Of a stretch of 64,000 nt of DNA, positions 10,154 through 20,296 are shown in pieces. Each line of letters starts with the position of its first letter. Within the stretch, counting starts at the first letter, position 1. The position numbers and the translations under genes are program-made. The stretch is from positions 248,001-312,000 of IMG/VR virus record IMGVR_UViG_3300023199_000204. One strand, 5' to 3'. Below the pieces are notes generated by a model. The model worked only from the letters and a program-made list of their open reading frames with translations. It was not told the DNA's origin and did no database searches.

Positions 10154-10366
10154 AAGGAAGTAAGTATGGAATTATCACCATTAGAGCTAGTATTTTTAGT
10201 ACCTCTTATTGTTGCGGTGGGTTGGTTCATAGTAACTAATTTATTTATGGGAGGTTTCGCAGATTACAAAACAAGGAGTACATCATTTTATCGAAGAGGC
10301 TTAGGAGGCAGTATTAGAAGGACTCCTGCTCCTGTTAATGGAGGATAGAATAAAAATATTCATATT

Positions 10367-10753
10367 ATGACAAAAGAAGAACTAGCAAATAAGTATTTAG
10401 AATTAATGGAATTTAAAAACAATATGACAGTTAATTTAATTAATATGCTCCTTGTAATTCACGAAGGCAATTTAAGCTCTGAAGGTGCGGAGAAAATAAT
10501 TAAGTTAGCTAATATTGATTCTTTGGTAAATAGATTTAAGAATCACGTATTAGAGACTTTTACAGAGGAAGAAATAGAAAAATTAGTAAAATTTTCTGAG
10601 GACCCTTTGTATAAAAAAGTAATTTCAAATGAGTATCTTGAATCATTACAAAAACTTTCTGTAGATTGGTGGATTAATCAATACTCAGGATTAAATGATG
10701 AAGTAAATAAGATCTTAATGGAAGAAAGGAGCAACAAAATATGTTTGAATTAG
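10367..10753 (+). CDS. hypothetical helical protein (DUF2059-like)
   Basis: ETFTEEEIEKLVKFSEDPLYKK resembles the DUF2059 motif. Confidence 0.5.
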   Translation: MTKEELANKYLELMEFKNNMTVNLINMLLVIHEGNLSSEGAEKIIKLANIDSLVNRFKNHVLETFTEEEIEKLVKFSEDPLYKKVISNEYLESLQKLSVDWWINQYSGLNDEVNKILMEERSNKICLN

Positions 10754-11284
10754 TTGTAGGAACGGGGCTACTTGCTGCAGGATGGTTTGCCAGAAAGTAT
10801 TTCTCTGAAAAGAAAAAACGCAGATAATGTTTCCTCATACTATATTCTTATCGGAAGATAGAAATGTTGATGATGATATAGATCTCATTTTTAATATTGT
10901 GAATAACTTGGTAAAGGCAGAGCAATGGGACACGATTAGTGATTATTTTCAAGCTATAGTTGAAAAAGATTATTACAAACAAACTCAAACTCACGGTGCT
11001 CAATTGATGGCTTTTTTGGCAACAACAAGAATGTTTAAAAAAGAAATAGGTCATTGGAGAAAAGTTATGAAGAAGAAAGTAAAAAAGCTTTTTAAAAAAG
11101 AAAATAAAAATATAACAGAAAAGATTGTTGAAGAAATATAATGCCCATTGTTGAAAATCAGCCAGTAGGTCAATGTGAAATTTGTGATAAATTGTGGCTA
11201 TATGAAACCTTTTCTGAAAAATGCGAAGTGTGTATGGGAGTATTTTGTAAAACACATCTTAAAAAGAGGAAGATACTATAACGA

Positions 11285-11932
11285 ATGAGGAAAAATATGA
11301 AGCTGGTTTTAGGGTCGCGGAATCCAGGTAAATTGGTAGAGCTTAAAGAACTCTTCAATATTGAGGGATTAGAATTGGTTCCCATAACTGATTTTAATGT
11401 TCCAGACGTTGAGGAAACAGGCTCAACATTTGCTTCTAATGCTGTATTAAAGGCAAGATATGCTGCTGTTAAAACAGGGATTCCTGCTATTGCTGATGAT
11501 TCTGGTATGGAAATATATGTTCTAAACGATTTTCCAGGAATATATTCAGCAAGATGTGCTGGTGAAGACGCAACTGATGAAGAAAAAAAGAATTTTATTT
11601 TGGAAAAAATGAAAGGCATTCAAGACAGGAAAGCACGATTTGTGTGTGTGATGGCGTATTGTGAACCTGACAATAATATTCCAACTTATTTTACTGGAAC
11701 TGTAGAAGGAGAAATTCTAACTTTTGCTTTAGGGAAATCAAAGCCAAATCTTCAATATGATAGTATTTTTTATTATGAGCCCGCTAAGCAATCATTTGCT
11801 ATGATGCCAGAAGATGAAAAAAATAAAGTTAGTCATAGAAGCAGAGCGTCAAAAAGTATGAGAAAGTTTCTTGAAGAGAAAATTAAATCTAAATTTAGGA
11901 GAGAATACTCCATTATTAATGAAGAGGGCTAA
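11285..11932 (+). CDS. rdgB: RdgB/HAM1 non-canonical purine NTP pyrophosphatase (ITPase)
   Basis: GSRNPGK, EETGSTFASNAVLKA, ADDSG, PGIYSAR, KNKVSHRSRA. Confidence 0.93.
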   Translation: MRKNMKLVLGSRNPGKLVELKELFNIEGLELVPITDFNVPDVEETGSTFASNAVLKARYAAVKTGIPAIADDSGMEIYVLNDFPGIYSARCAGEDATDEEKKNFILEKMKGIQDRKARFVCVMAYCEPDNNIPTYFTGTVEGEILTFALGKSKPNLQYDSIFYYEPAKQSFAMMPEDEKNKVSHRSRASKSMRKFLEEKIKSKFRREYSIINEEG

Positions 11933-12244
11933 ATGGATATTATATCAGATATTGTTGTGTGTTATTAATCATTAGCAGTACTAGCTAATATTATTAGTTT
12001 TTTTTGGATGGACTGGTGGTGATGTTTCTAACCAAGCTTTAGCAAAAATATTTTTGGGGACCTTGTGTCCATTAGTAGGTTTGTATTTTGTTTGGAAAGT
12101 AGCATTTTCAGAATGATATATGTATTAGGAACTATATTCTTTTTACTTTTTATAGTTATGATAATAGCTTTAATTAAGCTAAGTATTGATTAATATGAAA
12201 TATAATGAAAGATTTAATTTCACAGGGCATATACTAAATTTTAA

Positions 12245-12637
12245 TTGTTTTTTTCTACGCAAAAAAAAGAAAAAAAAATGGAAGGAATGGACAGATATAA
12301 TCAGGTTTATTCTTCTTTTTTTAAGAAGGATGAATACATAATTTTTTCAGCTTATTGCTCAAACTACAAGTATTTAGCTATTAAATGTGATGAAGAACTT
12401 ACTAAAATTAGTGAAGAAGAAGTTAGTTGTAATAAATGTAAAAAATTTTATCACATATATGATAGATTGCTAACCGCTCGTAATAATTATAAAAATGTTA
12501 AAATAATTTATGATAAAAATAAGGAAAGATATACTTTAAGACTTTCCTATAAGGCTAAGGATTTTGATAGAATTGAAGTTCTTCTAGATTATTTAAAGGA
12601 GTTTGGGGCAATTGAAGAAAAAAAATCCAACTCATAA
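12245..12637 (+). CDS. hypothetical protein, YLxEFG paralog family member 2
   Basis: VSCNKC and DYLKEFGAIEE; true start probably the ATG at 12278. Confidence 0.6.
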   Translation: MFFSTQKKEKKMEGMDRYNQVYSSFFKKDEYIIFSAYCSNYKYLAIKCDEELTKISEEEVSCNKCKKFYHIYDRLLTARNNYKNVKIIYDKNKERYTLRLSYKAKDFDRIEVLLDYLKEFGAIEEKKSNS

Positions 12638-12995
12638 AGAGTTTGTAAAGAAAATTAAGGATGTTCATCTCCTTAATAGAACAAGGAAATTTCAAGCGAA
12701 CTGGCGATATCCACAGAATTGTAAATATAAAACATTTTGTAATAAGAAATATCTTGTCCCAAATTCATCTTTAAGCACACAGGATGTCGACAAAGTCACT
12801 TGTAAAGACTGTCTTAAATATATAGATAAGTTTAATTTTGTGGAAGAAATAATTAAAAATTATAAAAATGTTCGCTTTGATAATAAGAAGGGAGATGAAT
12901 ATAGTATTATTGTTAAATGTAAATTTAAAAATATGGAAAATGTTAGAGTATTTGTAGATTATCTGTCTGATTTCGGAGTGTTAGAAGTAAAGTAA
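12603..12995 (+). CDS. hypothetical protein, YLxEFG paralog family member 3
   Basis: VTCKDC and DYLSDFGVLEV. Confidence 0.6.
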   Translation: MGQLKKKNPTHKEFVKKIKDVHLLNRTRKFQANWRYPQNCKYKTFCNKKYLVPNSSLSTQDVDKVTCKDCLKYIDKFNFVEEIIKNYKNVRFDNKKGDEYSIIVKCKFKNMENVRVFVDYLSDFGVLEVK

Positions 12996-13001
12996 ATATT
13001 A

Positions 13002-13076
13002 CTGGGCGTGTTCTAGTCTGGCTAAGATTCCTCATTTGGAATGAGGAGATCGTAGGTTCAAATCCTGCCGCCCAGA
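13002..13076 (+). tRNA. tRNA-Pro(UGG)
   Basis: CTGGGCG/CGCCCAG, CCTCA-TTTGGAA-TGAGG. Confidence 0.92.
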
Positions 13077-13110
13077 TTAAAGTAGCTTGTTTAACAAGTA
13101 GAGGTTAGTT

Positions 13111-13500
13111 ATGAAAACATTGGTAGTTAATGTTCGCGACAAAAACTATGATGTATATATTGGTAGAGAAGGCCGAGGCGAAACAGGTTACTTTGGTAAT
13201 CCTGTAATAAGAGGTAAGGTCTGCACAGTGTGTGGAAATGTACATCCCAATAGAGGCAGCACGCTGCCTTGTTATGAGAAATACGCACGCGAGCGACTAT
13301 CTGATGATGCTGATTTTTGTTCTGCCGTACGCAAACTTAGGGGCAGAGCGCTCGGATGTTTTTGTGCGGGTAACAAGGTTCTAACAAAAGACGACCACCC
13401 TCACTGTTGCCATGGTCAGGTATTAGCAGAATTAGCCGAGGAGCTAGAGGCTGCTGTAGAAAAGTTTGTAGAACTTGGTGGACTTGATGAAACACCTTAA
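13111..13500 (+). CDS. DUF4326-like protein
   Basis: VVNV..YDVYIGR..YFGNP..LRGRALGCFC..CHGQVL. Confidence 0.75.
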   Translation: MKTLVVNVRDKNYDVYIGREGRGETGYFGNPVIRGKVCTVCGNVHPNRGSTLPCYEKYARERLSDDADFCSAVRKLRGRALGCFCAGNKVLTKDDHPHCCHGQVLAELAEELEAAVEKFVELGGLDETP

Positions 13501-13954
13501 GGAGATTATATGGAAAAAGTAGAACTAGACCTACCAAAGCTGGTTGAAGCTGATGATTATCACGAATTTAAATGGCTAGAAAAACATCTTCAAAAGTTAA
13601 ATAAAGAATTATATGTTGAAGAATTGACTCCATATTATGAAACAATAGACTATATAGCTATCATCTATTATAAAAACAAAGATGCTAAATATCATCAGTT
13701 AAAAGCAAGTGTTGAAATGGAAGTTAATAGTGGATAAATTTATTTTAAAAAATTTGAAAGAAATTAAAAGATCTTTAATAAAGGACCAAGAATTTACTAT
13801 AAAAGTATCCGAAGAAGCAATTCACCTAATAGATGAAATTTTAAAAAATAAGGCATTGTTCAAAAGACAAACAAGAAAATTGCTAAATAGACTTGAAAAA
13901 TTAGATAATTGTGTAGATATTGGAGAAATGATATATTATCAAGATTATAGTTAA

Positions 13955-13979
13955 AAATCTATCAATTAAATTATATTAG
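13955..13979 (+). promoter_or_regulatory. putative phage promoter in front of leader 1
   Basis: 22/25 identical to 686-710. Confidence 0.5.
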
Positions 13980-13986
13980 GATTACT

Positions 13987-14082
13987 ATGATTGTTTTTAA
14001 TCTAAACCTATCAAATTTAGAACACGCCCATAGCGAAGAGCACGGACTCTCTTCAGCGGCAGGGAGAGGTGTAACTATTTAA
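13987..14082 (+). CDS. leader peptide 1 (MIVFNLNLSNLEHAHSEEHGLSSAAGRGVTI)
   Basis: 31-codon ORF after AGGA, immediately upstream of alternative hairpins and a terminator. Confidence 0.65.
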   Translation: MIVFNLNLSNLEHAHSEEHGLSSAAGRGVTI

Positions 14083-14084
14083 TA

Positions 14085-14140
14085 GGTCTGGGATTATAAT
14101 ATTTTACGAAGCCTGGGCCATTTGGTCTGGGCTTTTTTTA
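14085..14140 (+). terminator. attenuator 1: intrinsic terminator 14109-14139 with competing antiterminator segment 14085-14092
   Basis: AAGCCTGGGCC-ATTT-GGTCTGGGCTT plus T7; GGTCTGGG occurs both upstream and as the terminator 3' strand. Confidence 0.75.
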
Positions 14141-14158
14141 TTATGAGAAAGAGGCTAA

Positions 14159-14620
14159 ATGAATAAATTAAGTACCGCTACCAAAATGGATGAAGTTATG
14201 ATAAAACTCCTTGACGGCATAACTTTTGAAGGAACAGATATAACGAACGATCAATATAAAAATTTACTCAAATACTATGAATATGATTTAGATCATTCAG
14301 ATACTATGTCTAAACTGTCTGCTAAATTGACAGATGAAAAATATGAAAAAGAATGTAGCGAATGGGAAGAAGAAGAAGCAAGTAATAATATATATTATAA
14401 TGTTCCTAAACAAAAAAAACCTGATATAGAGAATATTTTAAAAGAAACAAAAAGGTTTTATGAGGCAGGAAATATAAAAAATATAATGAGAGAGGCGAGT
14501 CACGACGGACGTAGAATTATGGCTTTCATATCAAAGTTTCTTGAAAAAGGAGAAGACCCTGTTAAATTAATAGCAGAGTGTATGAGTCAAGTGGGATTTG
14601 ATGTTCAGTTAGAAGAGTAA
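14159..14620 (+). CDS. hypothetical protein
   Basis: 153-aa ORF with RBS GAGG, first gene after attenuator 1. Confidence 0.6.
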   Translation: MNKLSTATKMDEVMIKLLDGITFEGTDITNDQYKNLLKYYEYDLDHSDTMSKLSAKLTDEKYEKECSEWEEEEASNNIYYNVPKQKKPDIENILKETKRFYEAGNIKNIMREASHDGRRIMAFISKFLEKGEDPVKLIAECMSQVGFDVQLEE

Positions 14621-14627
14621 ATTAAAA

Positions 14628-14702
14628 GCTCCTGAGAGCCATTAGGAAGGCTATCAGATTTCCAATCTGACTATCGTGCGGGTTCGAATCCCGTCAGGAG
14701 CT
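14628..14702 (+). tRNA. tRNA-Gly(UCC)
   Basis: GCTCCTG/CAGGAGC, TCAGA-TTTCCAA-TCTGA. Confidence 0.88.
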
Positions 14703-14706
14703 TTAT

Positions 14707-14778
14707 GGTGGATATGGTGTAATGGTAGCACAAAACACTGTGAATGTTTAGGAGAGGGTTCGTATCCCTCTATCCACC
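14707..14778 (+). tRNA. tRNA-His(GUG) with encoded G-1
   Basis: G+GTGGATA/TATCCAC+C, AAACA-CTGTGAA-TGTTT. Confidence 0.9.
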
Positions 14779-14829
14779 CTCGTTGAAGTCCCTTTGACTA
14801 TAAACGTAAGGAGTGACGACCTTACATTT

Positions 14830-14903
14830 GCGACTGTAGCTCAATTTGGTAGAGCACTACATTGCCAATGTAGAGGTTGTGGGTTCAAGTCCCATCAGTT
14901 GCT
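14830..14903 (+). tRNA. tRNA-Gly(GCC)
   Basis: GCGACTG/CAGTTGC, CTACA-TTGCCAA-TGTAG. Confidence 0.92.
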
Positions 14904-14967
14904 TAAAGTTGTGAGTTTGAACACAGGCTCTTTACCCTTAAAATCCTAAGGGGCTCATAACTTTTTT

Positions 14968-15057
14968 GGGAGAGTGGCAGAGTCTGGCTTATTGCGTTGG
15001 TTTTGAAAATCAAAGAGTACTGAAAGGTCTCCGGGGGTTCAGATCCCTCCTCTTCCG
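14968..15057 (+). tRNA. tRNA-Ser(UGA)
   Basis: GGGAGAG/CTCTTCC, TTGGT-TTTGAAA-ATCAA, long variable arm. Confidence 0.85.
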
Positions 15058-15062
15058 TTTAT

Positions 15063-15136
15063 GCGGGTGTAACTTAATTTGGTAGAGTGTGAGATTTCCA
15101 ATCTTAAGATTGCGAGTTCGAGTCTCGTCTCCCGCT
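15063..15136 (+). tRNA. tRNA-Gly(UCC), second copy
   Basis: GCGGGTG/CTCCCGC (one mismatch), TGAGA-TTTCCAA-TCTTA. Confidence 0.82.
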
Positions 15137-16782
15137 TTTAATAAGGAGGAAGCTAATGGCAGATATAGAGTGTTCAAAATGGTCTGGTTTTTATAATGTT
15201 CCCGAAGGAAGGTGGGATACTAATCATCCTAAATGGGAAAAATATTATGGTGGTAAATCAACGAATGTTAATTCTCCAGATTATGATCCAAAGTATTCTG
15301 ACGAAACAGGAGCTTCTTGGTTGAGACGTTTTAAACAGAGGATAAAATGAATCGAAAAGGACATAAAAGGTTAGATGTTAAAGTAAGAACTGGTGGTAAT
15401 GGACTATGGTCAAGGGTAGCAAAAGAAGTAATTATTACTAAAATAGAATGGGAAATGTCTGACATTTTAGATGAAACTTATGTGAAACTATATCTTGATC
15501 CCGAAACTTGGAATCAAAAAGAAGATGGTTTAATTTATACAGATGATACTTTTGAAGCAAATATGCGAAATATATTATGTAATATGAAATGTGAAAGAAA
15601 ACTTATTGATTTGCCTTGGGAGAAACTTTCATATACTGAACAAGGAATGCAGGGAGGACATAAATTTTGTTGTCCAGATGACTGTAATTCTTGTCCCATA
15701 TATGTAAGTATGATATTAGGATCTTGGTAGGAGAGCAAATGAAGCTTAAAGAAAGGCCACAAGAGCCGACAGAAAAAATAGTATATGAAAAACTTAAGAA
15801 GAATATATATTCATACTACGAATATGTTAAAAAAAGAAGACCTTGAAGATGATGAAGAATTTGCCATAGAAGATTGGAATGATGACGATGACCGCCTAAT
15901 TGGCGGATGGGTCACAAGAAATGTTAGTGTATCTTTACAAGATATTGTTGATTTCTTTATAGAAAGAAACATAGATCTCAATGAAGTTTATCCATATTAT
16001 GAAGAAGAAGTTAGAGTAGATGATGCTTTTATGCTAGGATATGCTGAGCCATTTTTTCATTATACGAAAGAAGAAGCTGATGAAGATTTTGAAAAAAGAG
16101 TTAAGCAATATAAGAAAGATTTAAAAAACTATAAGAAATGGTATAATGAAAATAAAGAAGAAATAAAAGCAGAAAAGGCAAGGATAAGAGAGGAAAAGAA
16201 AAGATTAAAAGAAGAAGAAAAGCAGAATAAAAAATTAGAAAAGTTAAAGAAAAAAAAAATAAATTATAAAAGAGCTTATGGAGTTAGAAAAATAGTATGT
16301 CAAATCACTGGGATCCTTTAAAGGATATTACAATCTTTGCGTTTGAATTATCTCAAAATTCACAAGTAATGAATTTGCTAACTGATAAAGGAATTATTAA
16401 AATTCACGCTGACGGGGACTGATGTGCTTTTGCGTGGATAGAAGAATTCTCCACACCAGCACTGGGGTTCCCAGCCAAAATAATTGAAATGAAAGAGGGA
16501 ACTTATTTTGCTGGAATTAATGAAGATTATGAAGTAACTGATGTTTGTTTTTATAACTTGGAAACTGACAGAGGAACTTTCGCGATGGAATTGAGAGTAT
16601 CTCATAACGGTTATTATGGAGGCTCCCTATGTATATTAGAGGCTCCAAAAGATAATGGTTATAAAGATCTTACAGAAGAAGACAAAGTATTAATTGATGG
16701 TATGTGGTCAAAGCAAATATCTGATGAAGAATTTAATGATTTGTTGAAAAGAACAGATTGGAAAATAAAGGATAAAGAAAGT

Positions 16783-17045
16783 GAAAATAACGGAAGATGA
16801 AGCTTGGGGAAATTTTAGAAGGTAAAGATTTAATAGTAAAACAATATGAGTATGTGAGAAGATAGAGTGTTTTATTTTCAATAGTTTTTAAAAGAGATGA
16901 TAAGTTTTATAGTTTTGCTTGGGATCAGTCAGCAATTAAATATCAAGATGGACAGGAGCAATTACATATTGATCATGAAGGAATGATAGGTTGTAGAGAA
17001 GTGGAACCATATGAAAAAACTATGTATAGAGTTAAAAAATGAATT
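16783..17045 (+). pseudogene. disrupted hypothetical ORF (frameshift plus in-frame TAG at 16863)
   Basis: Reads MKITEDEAW/EILEGKDLIVKQYEYVRR*SVYFSIVFKRDDKFY. Confidence 0.45.
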
Positions 17046-17049
17046 AAAC

Positions 17050-17123
17050 GGTCCCATAGTCTAATGGTTTATGATTTCGCTCTTTCAAAGCGAAGGTGTT
17101 GGGTTCAATTCCCACTGGGATCA
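17050..17123 (+). tRNA. tRNA-Glu(UUC)
   Basis: GGTCCCA/TGGGATC, TCGCT-CTTTCAA-AGCGA. Confidence 0.9.
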
Positions 17124-17309
17124 AAGGAAAATATTAAAGTTAAAGAAAAAAAAGAAGCAATAAAATTAAGAAAAAAAAAGGAAAATCCGTTAATTATATA
17201 TCTAAAAAATTAAAAGTAGGAAAAGGAAGCGTATCTACTTGGTGTAGAGATATTATTTTAACTGAAGAACAAAAAAGAAATCTATTAAAAAATAGTAATA
17301 AATAAAAAA

Positions 17310-17383
17310 GGCCCTATCGTCTAATTGGTTTAGGATACGGCGTTCTCAATGCTGAGATCGGAGTTCAAATCTCCGTAGGGTTA
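17310..17383 (+). tRNA. tRNA-Glu(CUC)
   Basis: GGCCCTA/TAGGGTT, CGGCG-TTCTCAA-TGCTG. Confidence 0.88.
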
Positions 17384-18361
17384 ATAAGGAAATACAATGT
17401 TTTTTAATTTCTTGAATAAATTGTTTAGAAAGACTAGTCCCAATGTTAAAAAGTGTGGTATTTATTTATGTGATTATGAAATACCAAATACTTTTAATAG
17501 AAATTACTGTGATTTTCATAGGGAAAATGGATTTAATGGGGAGCCACTAGTATGTTCAGTATGTAATAAATGTGCGAGGATTAATTCAAATGGAACCAAT
17601 TATTGCGATCTCTGCTATTCATTAAAGAATAAAGAGGAAATAGTTAAAACAATTGTTAAATTATGGAATCAAAACATTAAAAACATATCATCTTGGGAAG
17701 ATATGGCGAGGATGGCAGTAGAAGAGTTTAGTTGAAAGGATTTAAATTAAATGTACAGAACTAATGCTTTTAAAAATGATGACAAGTCTATTGAGGATTT
17801 TATTAGGAGGGCCCTAAGGACAAATTTTAATCGCTGGGAAAGAATAGATATTCAACCAATTGGCTCATTCTTTCATCATAAAGTTTTTACACTATCTAAA
17901 ACAGAAGAGGATTCAAAAGTAAATATTTTAAGTTTTGTGTTTAGAAAATATTATACAAGACCTGGATATAAAATAATAATGTTATTGGGGGAAAGAAAGA
18001 ACCTTACTATATTTATAGAGATAAGAGAAGTAAAAATAGATTTGAAATTCCAAAGAAATTACATAAACAGATAATATCTTTTTATAATGATTTTATTAAT
18101 TGGGCTGATGAACAAAAAGAAATGAAAAGATTAAAAGAATTTGAAAAGCTATATGAGAAAATATAAGGAAATAATGAAAATTAAAGATGAATTTGATTTA
18201 GCTAGAGTTATTCATGATATTTTGATGGAAGATTATATTATTTGGAACACGTTTAATTTGGTGAGTAGCAAAGGTAAAGAAATATATTTAGATAAAGATG
18301 ATGTAGAGTATGTAATTACGATAAATAAAAATGTTGTTTCAAAAGTATAATGTGGAGTTAA

Positions 18362-19114
18362 ATGTCTAAAAAGAGAGAAGATATAGATAAAAAGAAAGAT
18401 ATAATAATTTCTATGCTTAAATCAGGAATTTCTAAGGCAGAAGTCTGTAGATATCTTAAGTGTAAATATATAACTCTAAAATCTAGATTGGATAAATGGG
18501 GATGTAACATAAAAAATACGCATAGAAAAAGTTTCCCGAGACTCAATAATAGAAAACACGTATCTGAATATTTACATCACGACAGTAATATTAATTCTTT
18601 TAAGCTCAAAAAAAAATTATGGCAGGATGGTTATAAAGCAAAATTTTGTGAAGAGTGTGGAATATATAAATGGCGTGGAAAACCAGCACCTTTAGAGTTA
18701 GATCATACTGATGGTTACAAATTTAATAATTGTATAGAAAATTTAAAGATTCTGTGTGCAAACTGTCACGCTAAAAAATCAACTAATGGTGGGAAAAATA
18801 AAGGTACTTATAAAATTAGCTCCGTCTCTCAATTGGCAGAAGAAACGCGCTTAGACCGCGTACGGTGTGAGTTCGAATATCACCGGAGCTATAATAAAAA
18901 ATCTAAAAATAAATGTATTGATTGTAAAAAAGAAATAAAAAAAACTAGTAAAAGGTGTAAGAAATGCTTTTCTCTCAGTTCAAGAAAAATAGAATGGCCT
19001 CCTGTAGAAAAAATACTAGAAATACTAAAAGAGGAAAATTATACAAAGCTTGCTAAAAGATTAGGAGTGACTGATAACGCAATTAGAAACTATTTAAAAA
19101 GAAACAATAAATAG
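18362..19114 (+). CDS. HTH-HNH endonuclease reading through an embedded tRNA into a Zn-ribbon/HTH tail
   Basis: N-terminal HTH; CEEC..LELDHTDG..NN..ENLKILCANCH; C-terminal CIDC..CKKC and HTH. Confidence 0.8.
   Translation: MSKKREDIDKKKDIIISMLKSGISKAEVCRYLKCKYITLKSRLDKWGCNIKNTHRKSFPRLNNRKHVSEYLHHDSNINSFKLKKKLWQDGYKAKFCEECGIYKWRGKPAPLELDHTDGYKFNNCIENLKILCANCHAKKSTNGGKNKGTYKISSVSQLAEETRLDRVRCEFEYHRSYNKKSKNKCIDCKKEIKKTSKRCKKCFSLSSRKIEWPPVEKILEILKEENYTKLAKRLGVTDNAIRNYLKRNNK
18818..18891 (+). tRNA. tRNA with UAG (Leu) anticodon, class I body, inside the HNH ORF
   Basis: AGCTCCG/CGGAGCT, ACGCG-CTTAGAC-CGCGT, GTGAG-TTCGAAT-ATCAC; no long variable arm. Confidence 0.65.
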
Positions 19115-19481
19115 ATGGAACCAACTATAAAAAGTGGAACAGAGCTAAAAGAACAAGTTTAAAATGCTAGTATTATGATTACATAACATATTTTAAGGAA
19201 AAAAAATGAAAGTTTATGTTTTAAAATGGGAAGATAATAGAAATAATAATTGGAATAAATTTAACTTATTTGAAACAAGAAAGTCAGCCAATGAAAAGGT
19301 TAGGGAATATCTTACAAATATTTATATAGAAGAGGAAATGGAAGGCTTTGACACAAATAGTCCAACGGAAGAGAAATTAAGAAAGAAGGCATCAAAAATA
19401 TCCTTAAAAGAATTAAGTAAGAAAGTTGGATGTTTATGTTATTATGAAATCATTAGAACAGAAGTCGAAAAATAGGAGAGA

Positions 19482-19881
19482 AATGGGAACTAGATCGATT
19501 ACCATTGTTAAAGAAAAAGAACTTAAAAGTAAGAATAATTATTTAGTAATGTATAGACAAATGGATGGTCATCCTGAAACTCACGGCTACGAGCTTGCCA
19601 GCTTTTTAAATGGAATGAAGATAGTAAATGGAATTCCATATGGAGAGGACACTTCTCAAATCGCCAATGGAATGGATTGTTTGGCAGCTCAGATAGTTGC
19701 TTATTTTAAAGACGGTCCTGGTAGTATATATTTATGTCCCTCAAATGAGTTACAACACGAGTGTTTTGATTATTATGTTTATTTAAACAAGGGCAACAAA
19801 ATAATGATTAAGTGTATGAGTGGAGACGAAACATTGTTTAAAGGCACGCCAAAACAATATTTAAAATGGGTAAATAAATAA
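19482..19881 (+). CDS. conserved-looking phage hypothetical protein (MGTRS..YRQxDGxP motif)
   Basis: RBS AGGAGAG before the ATG; the ORF-track start at 19426 is probably too early. Confidence 0.55.
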
Positions 19882-20090
19882 TGATAGAAGCTCTTTTTGT
19901 CGTAGAAGGTTCGCAGGCTTATAATGCTGGTGTTAGGAAAGGTGATAAAATACTTGCCTTTAATGATGTTGTTGTTAAGTCTTTAATAGATTATATAAGA
20001 GCGAAGAGAAATTCAGGCGAATATGAAACCATTCTCGTTAGTAGGTATGGAGAACAAAAGTATTTTAGATGGAAAAAGAATAGAGGGTAG
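19881..20090 (+). CDS. stand-alone PDZ-like domain protein
   Basis: VVEGSQAYNAGVRKGDKILAFND. Confidence 0.7.
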   Translation: MIEALFVVEGSQAYNAGVRKGDKILAFNDVVVKSLIDYIRAKRNSGEYETILVSRYGEQKYFRWKKNRG

Positions 20091-20171
20091 GCATATGTTG
20101 GTTTGATGCGACCGCCTGCTAAGCGGTTGGCTCCGTGATGGAGTCCGCGAGTTCGATTCTCGTGCCCTCTG
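20082..20171 (+). tRNA. tRNA-Ser(GCU)
   Basis: AGAGGGT/GCCCTCT, ACCGC-CTGCTAA-GCGGT, long variable arm. Confidence 0.87.
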
Positions 20172-20206
20172 CTTAAAGGAGAAAGAATGAGATTTTGAAT
20201 ATCTTG

Positions 20207-20296
20207 GGAAGATAGGTAGATATGGTTTGCTACGTCAGTTTGGAAAACTGATCTGTCTTGTAAAAGACAGTGCGGGTTCGAATCCCGTGTCTTCCG
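20207..20296 (+). tRNA. tRNA-Ser(GGA)
   Basis: GGAAGAT/GTCTTCC, TCAGT-TTGGAAA-ACTGA, long variable arm. Confidence 0.9.

Noticed and set aside
18818-18891. Embedded tRNA acting as a removable intron of the HNH mRNA
   Set aside because: The element is 74 nt, so excision would shift the frame, and the ORF is already open with it in place.
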